Below, in pieces: positions 56,312-64,000 of a stretch of 64,000 bases of DNA. Below the pieces are notes generated by a model, which was not told where the DNA came from, searched no databases, and was given only the letters and a program-made list of their open reading frames with translations. Each line of letters begins with the position of its first letter. The first letter of the stretch is position 1. The DNA is from a virus (taxonomy: Duplodnaviria; Heunggongvirae; Uroviricota; Caudoviricetes), in the IMG/VR virus record IMGVR_UViG_3300037067_004979, positions 10,733 to 74,732 of that record; one strand, written 5' to 3'. Position numbers and translations under genes: made by a program.

Positions 56312-57139
56312 ATGGCAGATATTCATGGGATAAAATGGATTGACACAGATGGTGTAGTAAGATCATTTGAAAATATTGGTGGTGATCCTTGTGTGGCGTC
56401 TCACGATTACTTGTATCAGATGTCACAAGGCAATGTACCGGGTCATTCTCCATGGTTCAAACTAGGTTATAATCCAGATGTAGGTACCACAGAAGAGGAC
56501 ATATGGCCTGTTGGTGGTATATATGTTCCTCCCTCAGCTGAAATGCAAATGAGAGTATTGGGAGCTAATGCTTCAGATACCTCAGCAGGTACTGGTATAA
56601 GGACAGTAAGGCTGAGATACTTAGATGATTTATACGCCGAAAAATATGAAGATATAACTCTCACTGGGACAACTCCGGTAAACACAGTGGCAACAGATAT
56701 TTTTAGAGTTCAAAGTTTTAGAGCTCTTACTGTTGGATCAAATGGTTCTGCAGTGGGTAATGTATACCTACAGAATACAGGTGGTACTACATACTATGGT
56801 CAAATATCTGCTGGAAGAACAAAGGCTAGGACAATATTTTACACTGTTCCAGCAGGAAAAGTCTTATACATAACCAGTGTTAAGTTTAGTGCTGGTTCTT
56901 CACAGTCAGGGAAGCATGTTGTTTTTACTACAAAGGCTACATATGATGATGCCACGGCCTCAGTGAATACCTTTTTTATGAGCTATCATGAAATGGGTGT
57001 ACAAGATGGGGCTTTTACAGTTGATCTAGAACTACCTACTAGGTTTCCAGCTACTGTGGATCTAAAAGTTAGTGCTATATCTGATAGTTCTGGTGCTGTT
57101 TGTACTAGTGCTCTAAGAGGTTGGTTAGAGACTGCCTAA
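56312..57139 (+). CDS. structural protein
   Basis: 275 aa. Confidence 0.45.
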   Translation: MADIHGIKWIDTDGVVRSFENIGGDPCVASHDYLYQMSQGNVPGHSPWFKLGYNPDVGTTEEDIWPVGGIYVPPSAEMQMRVLGANASDTSAGTGIRTVRLRYLDDLYAEKYEDITLTGTTPVNTVATDIFRVQSFRALTVGSNGSAVGNVYLQNTGGTTYYGQISAGRTKARTIFYTVPAGKVLYITSVKFSAGSSQSGKHVVFTTKATYDDATASVNTFFMSYHEMGVQDGAFTVDLELPTRFPATVDLKVSAISDSSGAVCTSALRGWLETA

Positions 57140-57148
57140 GGAGTAATA

Positions 57149-58246
57149 ATGCCTTTTCCTTATGACTGGCCAATAATATGGGACCATGAAGAGAGTGGTT
57201 CTTTTGAGATAGATTTTAATTCTGTAAATTCAAAGAGATCTATACTAAGTAGAATCAAAAATGCCTATCTGTATTATCCTTCTTACATAGATAGATTGAT
57301 TAATAGTAGTATAATAAAATCCTCTAATTTCAAAGAAACAGCCTTATATTTTAATGATAATTGGTATATAAGAAGCTTATCTAAATATCTGTCATTAGAA
57401 ACAAAGACACTAAAAGATATATTTCTACATTTTGTAACATCGTTAAATATTAGACCTGCTTTAAATAAAACAGCAAATTATGTAAAAGCTTCTGCAATAC
57501 AAATTTCTAATGGTATAGAAAATGTAATATCCTTAAGTAAGTCATTTATTTCTGAATTTAATTTTAGTGGCTTGTTAAACCGTAATATTAATATAAATAA
57601 TGTAATTATATCTACTGTAGGCTACTTTACTATGTATATAGAAGAGAGCTTTTTGCACAATGGCTTATATACATATATGAGAAATATCATATCTACTGTT
57701 AAAGTAGAACACAATATAGGTAGATTGTTGTTTTACTATAGGCTATATACCATAAATATAATAAGTGCCTTTCTTTTAATCAAGAACATAACCAAATCGT
57801 TTAAAGCATATAAGTTATTAAGTGGCATTAAAAATTCGATATCTTGGTTCTCTAGAAACATGTTATCTAATATTGTAACAGAGATAACACTAGGAAGGTC
57901 ATATAGAAAAATATCAGTTTATAGACTTGTATTACAAAATAGTATATCCAAGAAAATTGGGCAAGGCAAGAAACTTAGTGTTCAATTCTACCTGCTTAGC
58001 TTGAGAGAAGACTTAGCTGGATATTGGGAACACCCTGTTGTGTATATGATTACAAGATTAACTGTATTAAGAAATATAGTGGTTAATCAACTTTATAGTA
58101 TTAGAGTTAGTGTTAGTCCTAGAGAGTATAAGTATGCTAATATATATAAGAGATTCAGAATATATCTATTGGTGTTATCTAGTGTTATTTCTGGTATTAC
58201 AGATAAATACCTTAAGAGAATATTGAGTGCTGTATTTATTAGATAG
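57149..58246 (+). CDS. IRYN family member 3
   Basis: 365 aa of same composition (ILRNSYK-rich), AT-rich. Confidence 0.45.
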   Translation: MPFPYDWPIIWDHEESGSFEIDFNSVNSKRSILSRIKNAYLYYPSYIDRLINSSIIKSSNFKETALYFNDNWYIRSLSKYLSLETKTLKDIFLHFVTSLNIRPALNKTANYVKASAIQISNGIENVISLSKSFISEFNFSGLLNRNININNVIISTVGYFTMYIEESFLHNGLYTYMRNIISTVKVEHNIGRLLFYYRLYTINIISAFLLIKNITKSFKAYKLLSGIKNSISWFSRNMLSNIVTEITLGRSYRKISVYRLVLQNSISKKIGQGKKLSVQFYLLSLREDLAGYWEHPVVYMITRLTVLRNIVVNQLYSIRVSVSPREYKYANIYKRFRIYLLVLSSVISGITDKYLKRILSAVFIR

Positions 58247-58285
58247 AGTTTTTAAATAATGAACAGGAGGAATTATAATAAGTAG

Positions 58286-58633
58286 ATGGCTACTGATTCA
58301 ATAAGTATAAGAGAGGGCACTACCTCTGACATAGAGATGCAATTATTATCTGGTTCTACTCCTATTGACCTGTCTGGGATAGACCATCTAGAGCTAGAGA
58401 TGAGAGATTCAAAGAGAAAGGTATATAGATATAGTACCAGTGATGCCTCACCAAAGATATCAATAGTTAGTGCATCACTTGGGAGAGTAAAGTATTCACC
58501 ACCAAATAATAAGATATTTCTGGCTACAAACTCTCCATATAGGGGATATTGGATAATATATGAAACATCTACTAAGGAATACACTGTGCCTGAAGATAAT
58601 GAATGGGAAATAAAGATCAGGGAGGATTTTTAA
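58286..58633 (+). CDS. hypothetical structural protein
   Basis: 115 aa. Confidence 0.45.
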   Translation: MATDSISIREGTTSDIEMQLLSGSTPIDLSGIDHLELEMRDSKRKVYRYSTSDASPKISIVSASLGRVKYSPPNNKIFLATNSPYRGYWIIYETSTKEYTVPEDNEWEIKIREDF

Positions 58634-59713
58634 TTGCTGCGTCCTGAGGCTGTATGGAAGTATTCAGCTGGTACACCAAGTGGAACATATACTGACTATA
58701 CAAACAATGTCAGAGTTAATTCAGATATAACTTTTTTGGGGTTAACCACAGACTACTTTTACATAGGTTTCCCAAGAAGATTTACTGGAATCTATGTTGA
58801 TTTATCAACAAATGGGTCATATTCTGGATTAACATATGAATTCTATGATGGTACTCAATGGGTCAGTTTATCTCTGATAGATACATATACATTTTCAGAG
58901 TCAAAGTATCTTAGATGGGTTATGCCAGATCAGTGGCAGAAATATAGATTATCAAGTGAGGAACCTCACGTAGGTATTACCCCACCAGACAGCACAGAGA
59001 GATATTGGGTTAGAGTTAATGCAGCAACATCAGTAACAACTGCTGCAGTGATCAGTAAGATAAGAGTTATACCCTATTCAATGTATACGACTCCAACAAA
59101 GGTATTTCAGATGCTCCAGTTTAAGAAGGACTTTGATCACAGCACCACTCCCAGTGATCTAACTGTAGAAGATATAATTAGAAGGGCTGAGGATAGGATA
59201 GATTATTTAACAACTAAATCATGGCGTGCAAATGTTATAGATAGTGAATTAGTATCATATAATAGATATGGTTTATTCCCAAGATATAAAAATTTTATAA
59301 AGATATATTCTATAAAGTTATGGAATGGTAGTGGTTGGACAACAATGACAGAGGGTAGAAATAATGATTACTTTATTGATTATGATAGAGGTATGATTTA
59401 TTTTACTAGACTATTCTTATTGCCAGCTTCCTATGGGATAAGTGGGAGATATTTTCACTATGGTTTTGGAGAATTCGCTTATTCATGTCAATTAAATTAT
59501 ATATATGGTAGAGATATAGAAAAAGATTCTCAGTTTTTTCTTGTTGAAGATGTAGCTACTAAGATAGCTGCTTTGGACATACTCAAACATCATGATTACT
59601 CTACAATGGTTGTTAGTGGTACAGATAAATTTGATTTACCATCAAAAGTTAGGTTTCTTGAAGAAGAAGTTGAGAAAAAGATTGAAGACTTGAAGGGTGT
59701 AACACTATGGTAA
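58634..59713 (+). CDS. hypothetical structural protein
   Basis: 359 aa. Confidence 0.45.
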   Translation: MLRPEAVWKYSAGTPSGTYTDYTNNVRVNSDITFLGLTTDYFYIGFPRRFTGIYVDLSTNGSYSGLTYEFYDGTQWVSLSLIDTYTFSESKYLRWVMPDQWQKYRLSSEEPHVGITPPDSTERYWVRVNAATSVTTAAVISKIRVIPYSMYTTPTKVFQMLQFKKDFDHSTTPSDLTVEDIIRRAEDRIDYLTTKSWRANVIDSELVSYNRYGLFPRYKNFIKIYSIKLWNGSGWTTMTEGRNNDYFIDYDRGMIYFTRLFLLPASYGISGRYFHYGFGEFAYSCQLNYIYGRDIEKDSQFFLVEDVATKIAALDILKHHDYSTMVVSGTDKFDLPSKVRFLEEEVEKKIEDLKGVTLW

Positions 59714-60504
59714 TATGTAAGATTTGTGGACAGAAAATGAAAAGATTACAATCTCATTTAAGAATTCATGGGATTAATTCTATTAAATATCTTGAAAAAT
59801 TTCCAGGTTCAGAAATTGAATCAATAGAAACTAGAAATTTGAGAACTGGTATTTTAAGAAAATACTGGGATAGTAATGATTATAGATCTAAGTTGAGTGT
59901 TGTCCATATGGGAATAAAACCTTCAAAGGAATCTATCATAAAAAGAACAAATTCAAGGAGACGTAATGGTTGGTATTCTGATAGAGATAGTACAGTAGCT
60001 AAGATATCTGCTGCAAATAAATCACAGGTACCATGGAATAAGGGTTTAAGAATAGAAGATCACTCATCATTAAAATCTTGGCACGAAAAAATGAAAAAAT
60101 ATTATGGTGATCAAGACTGGATAGAAAATAGACAGAGAAGAATCAAACATTCAGGTATAGGTAAGAGTGGTTTTAGAGAAGATATAGGACACTTTGTCAG
60201 ATCTACTTGGGAGGCAAATTTTGCTAGATGGTTAAGATATCTAGATATCCCATATATCTATGAGCCAAAGGGTTTTAGATTATCCAATGGTAAGGTATAC
60301 ATATTAGATTTTTGTATATATCCAGATAGTGATATACCAACTTATATAGAAATAAAGGGTTACAAGAATAATGAATTTATGGATAAATATAATTTATTTT
60401 GTAGTGATTATCCTAATATAGAAGTTGGATTGATCTGTTCTGATGATTACAGATGTATAGAAAAACAATGGTCTTCCAAAATAGAATTATGGGAGAAATC
60501 TTAA
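59707..60504 (+). CDS. homing-endonuclease-like protein (C2H2-like finger, VPWNKGL, PD-(D/E)xK-like C-terminus)
   Basis: CKICGQKMKRLQSHLRIH; VPWNKGLRIEDH; ILDFCIYPDSD...YIEIKGY (D...E-x-K). Confidence 0.5.
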   Translation: MVICKICGQKMKRLQSHLRIHGINSIKYLEKFPGSEIESIETRNLRTGILRKYWDSNDYRSKLSVVHMGIKPSKESIIKRTNSRRRNGWYSDRDSTVAKISAANKSQVPWNKGLRIEDHSSLKSWHEKMKKYYGDQDWIENRQRRIKHSGIGKSGFREDIGHFVRSTWEANFARWLRYLDIPYIYEPKGFRLSNGKVYILDFCIYPDSDIPTYIEIKGYKNNEFMDKYNLFCSDYPNIEVGLICSDDYRCIEKQWSSKIELWEKS

Positions 60505-60505
60505 T

Positions 60506-60958
60506 ATGCCATATACTGCAGAATTTGATCCCGTATCCACAATGAGAGATCTATTAGAGGATAACTGGGTTCCCTATAATGAGTGCCCAGCTCCATCTAT
60601 TGTTGTTGGTAATGAGGCAGAGGAACCATATGCAAGAATTGATATAAATCTCGGTGATTACATTGTTATAAGATCTGGTGGGGGAGAGATATTTAAGGGA
60701 CGTGGTAATCTTAAATACTTTGATAAGGAGTATCCAATAACACTAGATGTCTGGACTAAGTATAATCGTCAGAGATTAAGAGATATATATAGAGAGATAA
60801 AGGCAATATGCATGGCTAATAAGTTTAGCTTTACTGGGTTTCAACTTATTCTCCCAGTTTCCTATACAGAGATGGTTAATGAGCAGTTGAACATATGGAG
60901 AGCAGAGGTACAGATTAAGGTTACCTCAGCAGGAGTGTGTGTGGATACAATATCATGA
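60506..60958 (+). CDS. hypothetical protein (tail-completion-like position)
   Basis: 150 aa. Confidence 0.4.
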   Translation: MPYTAEFDPVSTMRDLLEDNWVPYNECPAPSIVVGNEAEEPYARIDINLGDYIVIRSGGGEIFKGRGNLKYFDKEYPITLDVWTKYNRQRLRDIYREIKAICMANKFSFTGFQLILPVSYTEMVNEQLNIWRAEVQIKVTSAGVCVDTIS

Positions 60959-61100
60959 TGGAACAGAAGATATGTCCTCATTGTAATACCTCTAACCCAA
61001 TTGATATAATATACTGTGTATCCTGTGGTGCTAATCTTAAGTATCTAAGGGTGATGGTTGAGGCTGAAAAAATTCTTAAGAAGAAGAGGGGTGATAGATA
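60955..61100 (+). CDS. zinc-ribbon micro-protein (48 aa), not in ORF track
   Basis: MMEQKICPHCNTSNPIDIIYCVSCGANLKYL; ATGA/TAATG overlaps both neighbours. Confidence 0.4.
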
Positions 61101-62147
61101 ATGGGCTATGTGATTCGTGGAGAGAATTTTAAGGTAACCTATGCAGTGGAATCAGCGTATGGCACAGATCCTGGTACTGCAAGTCTGGTAAATTCATTTG
61201 GTGTGGTTCAAACTGCTAACATAACTGATCCACAGATTGATTACATGCCATTCTGGGGTATGAGTACTGGACAGTATAGAAACTGGTGGATTACCTACAA
61301 GGGTAAGATATCACTGGGTATGTCAATTCCAGATATAGTTCTTCTTAATGGTGCCCCCCTGTTTCTTCCACTAGGGTCTTGTACAACCACAGGAACAAAT
61401 CCATATACTCACACAATGGCAGAAACATATGATCTGCCAACAATAACAACTCATGTTACGTATACTGATACCAATGATGCTGACGTACTCATGAGAAGAT
61501 TCTGTGGGGGTAAGGTTGGTAGAGCTACATACTCTGCCACAGAGGGTGGATTCCTGACAATGGCTTTAGAGGATATACAGTTTAAGAATCTTTATCATAA
61601 TAAATCTGGACATACTTGGTATAGTGCAAATGTTGCAGATGTAACACCATCATATCCTTGCACAGAACCATACCTATTTTCATATGGGTCTCTTACACTA
61701 GATGGATCAGAGTTTGCTCGTGTCAAGGAATGGAGATTAAGTGTTGATAATGCTCTAGAACCAAAATACTATGTTACCAATGATGCAATTAGTCAATTAC
61801 CATATGAGCATAGAGAGGGTAGAAGGCAATATCAGATGTCAGTAACATGTGATATAGAGGATGCCGCCTTATATCAGGAACTAATTGACCAGGGTACATA
61901 CTCAAGTGTATATAAGGGATTTGTAGCAACAATGGTATTTACCAGGGGATCAAATGATACAATCACATTCACCACACCATCAAGTGGTTCAGTTGCTTGT
62001 GGTGGTGGTAATATGGGATGTTTAATAAAGACTGCACCTCACTCCATAGTGTCTGATCCTATAGTTCCAGTATCATTAGATATAATTTGTAGAAGCTTAA
62101 GCATTGTTTCTGTTGATGCAGTATCTACCTATAGTGGTAGTGTTTAA
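61101..62147 (+). CDS. putative major tail protein
   Basis: 348 aa immediately upstream of G/GT chaperone pair. Confidence 0.45.
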   Translation: MGYVIRGENFKVTYAVESAYGTDPGTASLVNSFGVVQTANITDPQIDYMPFWGMSTGQYRNWWITYKGKISLGMSIPDIVLLNGAPLFLPLGSCTTTGTNPYTHTMAETYDLPTITTHVTYTDTNDADVLMRRFCGGKVGRATYSATEGGFLTMALEDIQFKNLYHNKSGHTWYSANVADVTPSYPCTEPYLFSYGSLTLDGSEFARVKEWRLSVDNALEPKYYVTNDAISQLPYEHREGRRQYQMSVTCDIEDAALYQELIDQGTYSSVYKGFVATMVFTRGSNDTITFTTPSSGSVACGGGNMGCLIKTAPHSIVSDPIVPVSLDIICRSLSIVSVDAVSTYSGSV

Positions 62148-62163
62148 TAATTAGGAGGTAAAG

Positions 62164-62505
62164 ATGGATATAAATGATATCTTCGTAAAAGAGGATGTTC
62201 AAGAGGTGTGGCTGGATTATCGAGAGCAGAAGATAGGACCAATTAAGGTTAGATCTCTTTCCTGGAGTCGCAAGAATCAGATACTAACTAACTGTTTTAC
62301 ATATGGTCAGGATGGTCAAATGAAGTTTAATTTTGATAAGTATATGAAAGATATGCTTTCAGAGATAATCATTGAAGCTCCATGGGGAAAAACAGATCAG
62401 ATATTTCTAAGTAGGATCAAACCAGACTTTGGAACAACACTAGAGAAACTTGTACCGAAGGCGTTTGAGGAGATAGCTAATGCGGATTTTTTCGCAAGAG
62501 AGTAA
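62164..62505 (+). CDS. tail assembly chaperone (G-like)
   Basis: RBS TAGGAGGTAAAG; 113 aa; slippery T_TTT_TTC 4 codons before stop. Confidence 0.55.
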   Translation: MDINDIFVKEDVQEVWLDYREQKIGPIKVRSLSWSRKNQILTNCFTYGQDGQMKFNFDKYMKDMLSEIIIEAPWGKTDQIFLSRIKPDFGTTLEKLVPKAFEEIANADFFARE

Positions 62506-62714
62506 GAAGGCTACTGTCTGGTGGAATACAAAATCCAGACATGTTTGATGGACTATTATCTCGTAAGTTAGTTGATGTTTATCTAATGAAGAGAGGCATA
62601 TCTTATAATAGCATAAATCAAATGTGTGAGAGAGATGTAATGGAGTATTACTTCATATTACAGGAAATGGACAAAATAGAGATGGAATCCATGGAAAAGA
62701 ATATCAGGAGATAA
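62164..62714 (+). CDS. tail assembly chaperone -1 frameshift fusion (GT-like)
   Basis: -1 slip at 62487-62493 opens a 74-codon extension ending TAA 62712-62714, 2 nt before next gene. Confidence 0.45.
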
Positions 62715-62716
62715 GT

Positions 62717-63676
62717 ATGGCAGAAGAAACCTGGAAGGTAATTTTAGAGGAAGGTACTGCTGGGACTGGTTCTACCACAGGTTCAGCTGGGGGAACATCA
62801 GGTGGTAAATCACCAGTAACACAGAGCAAGACCTGGGGGGATATAGGTAAGATAGCCGGTGCTGTGGCAGGATTTGCTTCTGCTATTGGATTTATCATAC
62901 AAGCATTGAGAAGAAGTAAGATTCTCTCTACCTTTACAGATAATCTATTAACCATAATGGGTGCTGTTGTTGATATGCTATTGATTCCACTCATACCAGT
63001 ATTAGTTCCATTCCTTCAACTAGCAGTGAAGTTACTGCCAATAGCAAAGAAAATTGGTGAAATGGTGGCTCCAGTACTTGAACAATTAGTCAAGGCTATA
63101 GGGGTTTTACTAGATACTGGTGATCTTGGCCCAATAGTTCAATGGTTTGATGATCTTTTTAATAAATATTTGATACCATGGATTAGGGATTTCTTTACTA
63201 ATGTTATGCCTAAGGTAATGGAGTTTTTAAAGGCTGTTATACCAAAGGTTGTGTCATTTTTATCTGAGATAATACCAGTAATAATTAAGACCTTGACTGA
63301 GTTGTGGCCAATGATAGTTGGGGCTCTTGTTGGTTTATGGAATTTAATAGCACCATATGTAAACGACTTTTTAATTAACATAGTTTTGCCGACCATAAAA
63401 ACTCTAATAGATTCAATATTATCTTATACCATAGAATTTATCAAAAATATGGCAGATTGGTTACCAAAGGTAATCGGTGTGGCCATAAATAATAATCTAC
63501 CAGATGTACTTAAAATACCTGGTTTTTGGAAATCACAAGAAATGCCTGATTTTCAAATGCCAACATTCAAGATAGATCTTCAGATAAATGGCCAGAAAGT
63601 AAAGAGCACAACATCTACATCTGGTGGTACATCTCTGAGTTGGGAAGATTCATTTTTTAGTTCAGCTTTAGGATAG
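62717..63676 (+). CDS. tape-measure-like protein (short)
   Basis: Gly/Ser/Thr N-terminus then long hydrophobic helical region; downstream of chaperones. Confidence 0.4.
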   Translation: MAEETWKVILEEGTAGTGSTTGSAGGTSGGKSPVTQSKTWGDIGKIAGAVAGFASAIGFIIQALRRSKILSTFTDNLLTIMGAVVDMLLIPLIPVLVPFLQLAVKLLPIAKKIGEMVAPVLEQLVKAIGVLLDTGDLGPIVQWFDDLFNKYLIPWIRDFFTNVMPKVMEFLKAVIPKVVSFLSEIIPVIIKTLTELWPMIVGALVGLWNLIAPYVNDFLINIVLPTIKTLIDSILSYTIEFIKNMADWLPKVIGVAINNNLPDVLKIPGFWKSQEMPDFQMPTFKIDLQINGQKVKSTTSTSGGTSLSWEDSFFSSALG

Positions 63677-63680
63677 TAAG

Positions 63681-64000
63681 ATGTCATTATTAGTAAATAT
63701 ACAAAAGACAGGTGAAACACCTAGTTCATATAATTTGAAGGTAGATACTGTTCAACACAGTATGGTGAGGATGCCCATACAATCTGGTTTACCAGGTGAT
63801 ATAGACAATAATTCCATTAATTTGTTTGGGCTGGATCTTGGTCAATGTATAGAACAGATAACAATAACTGGTGTGGTTGATGAGGTTCCAGAATCAGGTG
63901 AACCCTCAAAAAAGAATCTAGAAAGTGTGGTTAGATCATGGTGGTCAGAGGAATGTAATGATCAATCAACTTGTACTGATGGTATTGGATTAACAATTGA
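63681..64000 (+). CDS. hypothetical tail protein (partial, continues beyond window)
   Basis: Open to window end. Confidence 0.4.
   Translation, partial: MSLLVNIQKTGETPSSYNLKVDTVQHSMVRMPIQSGLPGDIDNNSINLFGLDLGQCIEQITITGVVDEVPESGEPSKKNLESVVRSWWSEECNDQSTCTDGIGLTI

Noticed and set aside
48977-58246. Diversity-generating retroelement targeting the fibre/IRYN genes
   Set aside because: No reverse transcriptase (YxDD) ORF and no template/variable repeat pair detectable in the window.
1-64000. Archaeal virus interpretation (abundant zinc ribbons, glycosyltransferases, radical SAM)
   Set aside because: Promoters are bacterial extended -10 TGnTATAAT without BRE/TATA. All four tRNAs encode CCA. HK97-type protease plus G/GT frameshift are typical of bacterial tailed phages.

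Overview
This 64-kb window looks like a contiguous, densely coded stretch of a large tailed dsDNA bacteriophage genome from a low-GC bacterial host. Genes carry strong GGAGG-type ribosome-binding sites and sigma70-like extended -10 promoters, and four tRNA genes encode their own CCA ends. No terminase, portal or integrase was recognised.

Layout:
- 1-14.6 kb, + strand: head-proximal virion module. It starts with a partial upstream gene (1-132) and a Gly-rich protein. Next come a MuF-like large protein and a run of paralogous 'polyvalent' proteins that share one conserved KVYL.PGE...G.RGGRYYL module. Different C-terminal domains are attached to that module: an ADP-ribosyltransferase with an R / S-x-S / E-x-E active-site signature, an HExxH zinc metallopeptidase motif, and GNAT acetyltransferases. 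The block ends with an HK97-family prohead protease interrupted by an intein whose homing endonuclease is Vsr/DUF559-like.
- 14.7-33.6 kb: an accessory island bounded by a terminator plus promoter on the left and a divergent promoter on the right.
  - It holds about 30 small Cys-rich/zinc-ribbon proteins, many ending in a conserved (K/R)xx(M/L)ML..L helix.
  - It holds a MoxR-like AAA+ ATPase next to a VWA/HExxH protein, and a 1.2-kb repeat-rich non-coding region where the two gene blocks diverge.
  - The leftward (minus-strand) gene block carries three further tRNAs (Arg-UCU, Ser-UGA and a candidate Ile-UAU), an SPFH/band-7 protein and a small HD-domain hydrolase.
  - The motif GATGTTTTTTG(G/A)TATAAT occurs at least 9 times and precedes many of these genes.
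- 33.7-64 kb, + strand: structural module.
  - Head and decoration genes: a scaffold-like acidic protein, a putative major capsid protein, an HNH endonuclease and tandem duplicate 113-aa proteins.
  - A glycan-biosynthesis cluster: two GT4 glycosyltransferases (one fused to a SAM methyltransferase), a radical-SAM enzyme, GDP-mannose 4,6-dehydratase, an inserted HNH, and a papain-like C1 peptidase.
  - Tail and fibre genes: a beta-helix tailspike candidate, a 1009-aa protein with a trypsin-like protease domain and a BNR/Asp-box motif, and a candidate major tail protein.
  - Tail assembly genes: a tail-chaperone pair with a U_UUU_UUC -1 frameshift site (G/GT), and a tape-measure-like protein.
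  - A family of unusual, extremely AT-rich Ile/Arg/Tyr/Asn-rich ORFs sits among the tail genes.

All calls rest on motif-level reading of the translated ORFs. No database searches were run.
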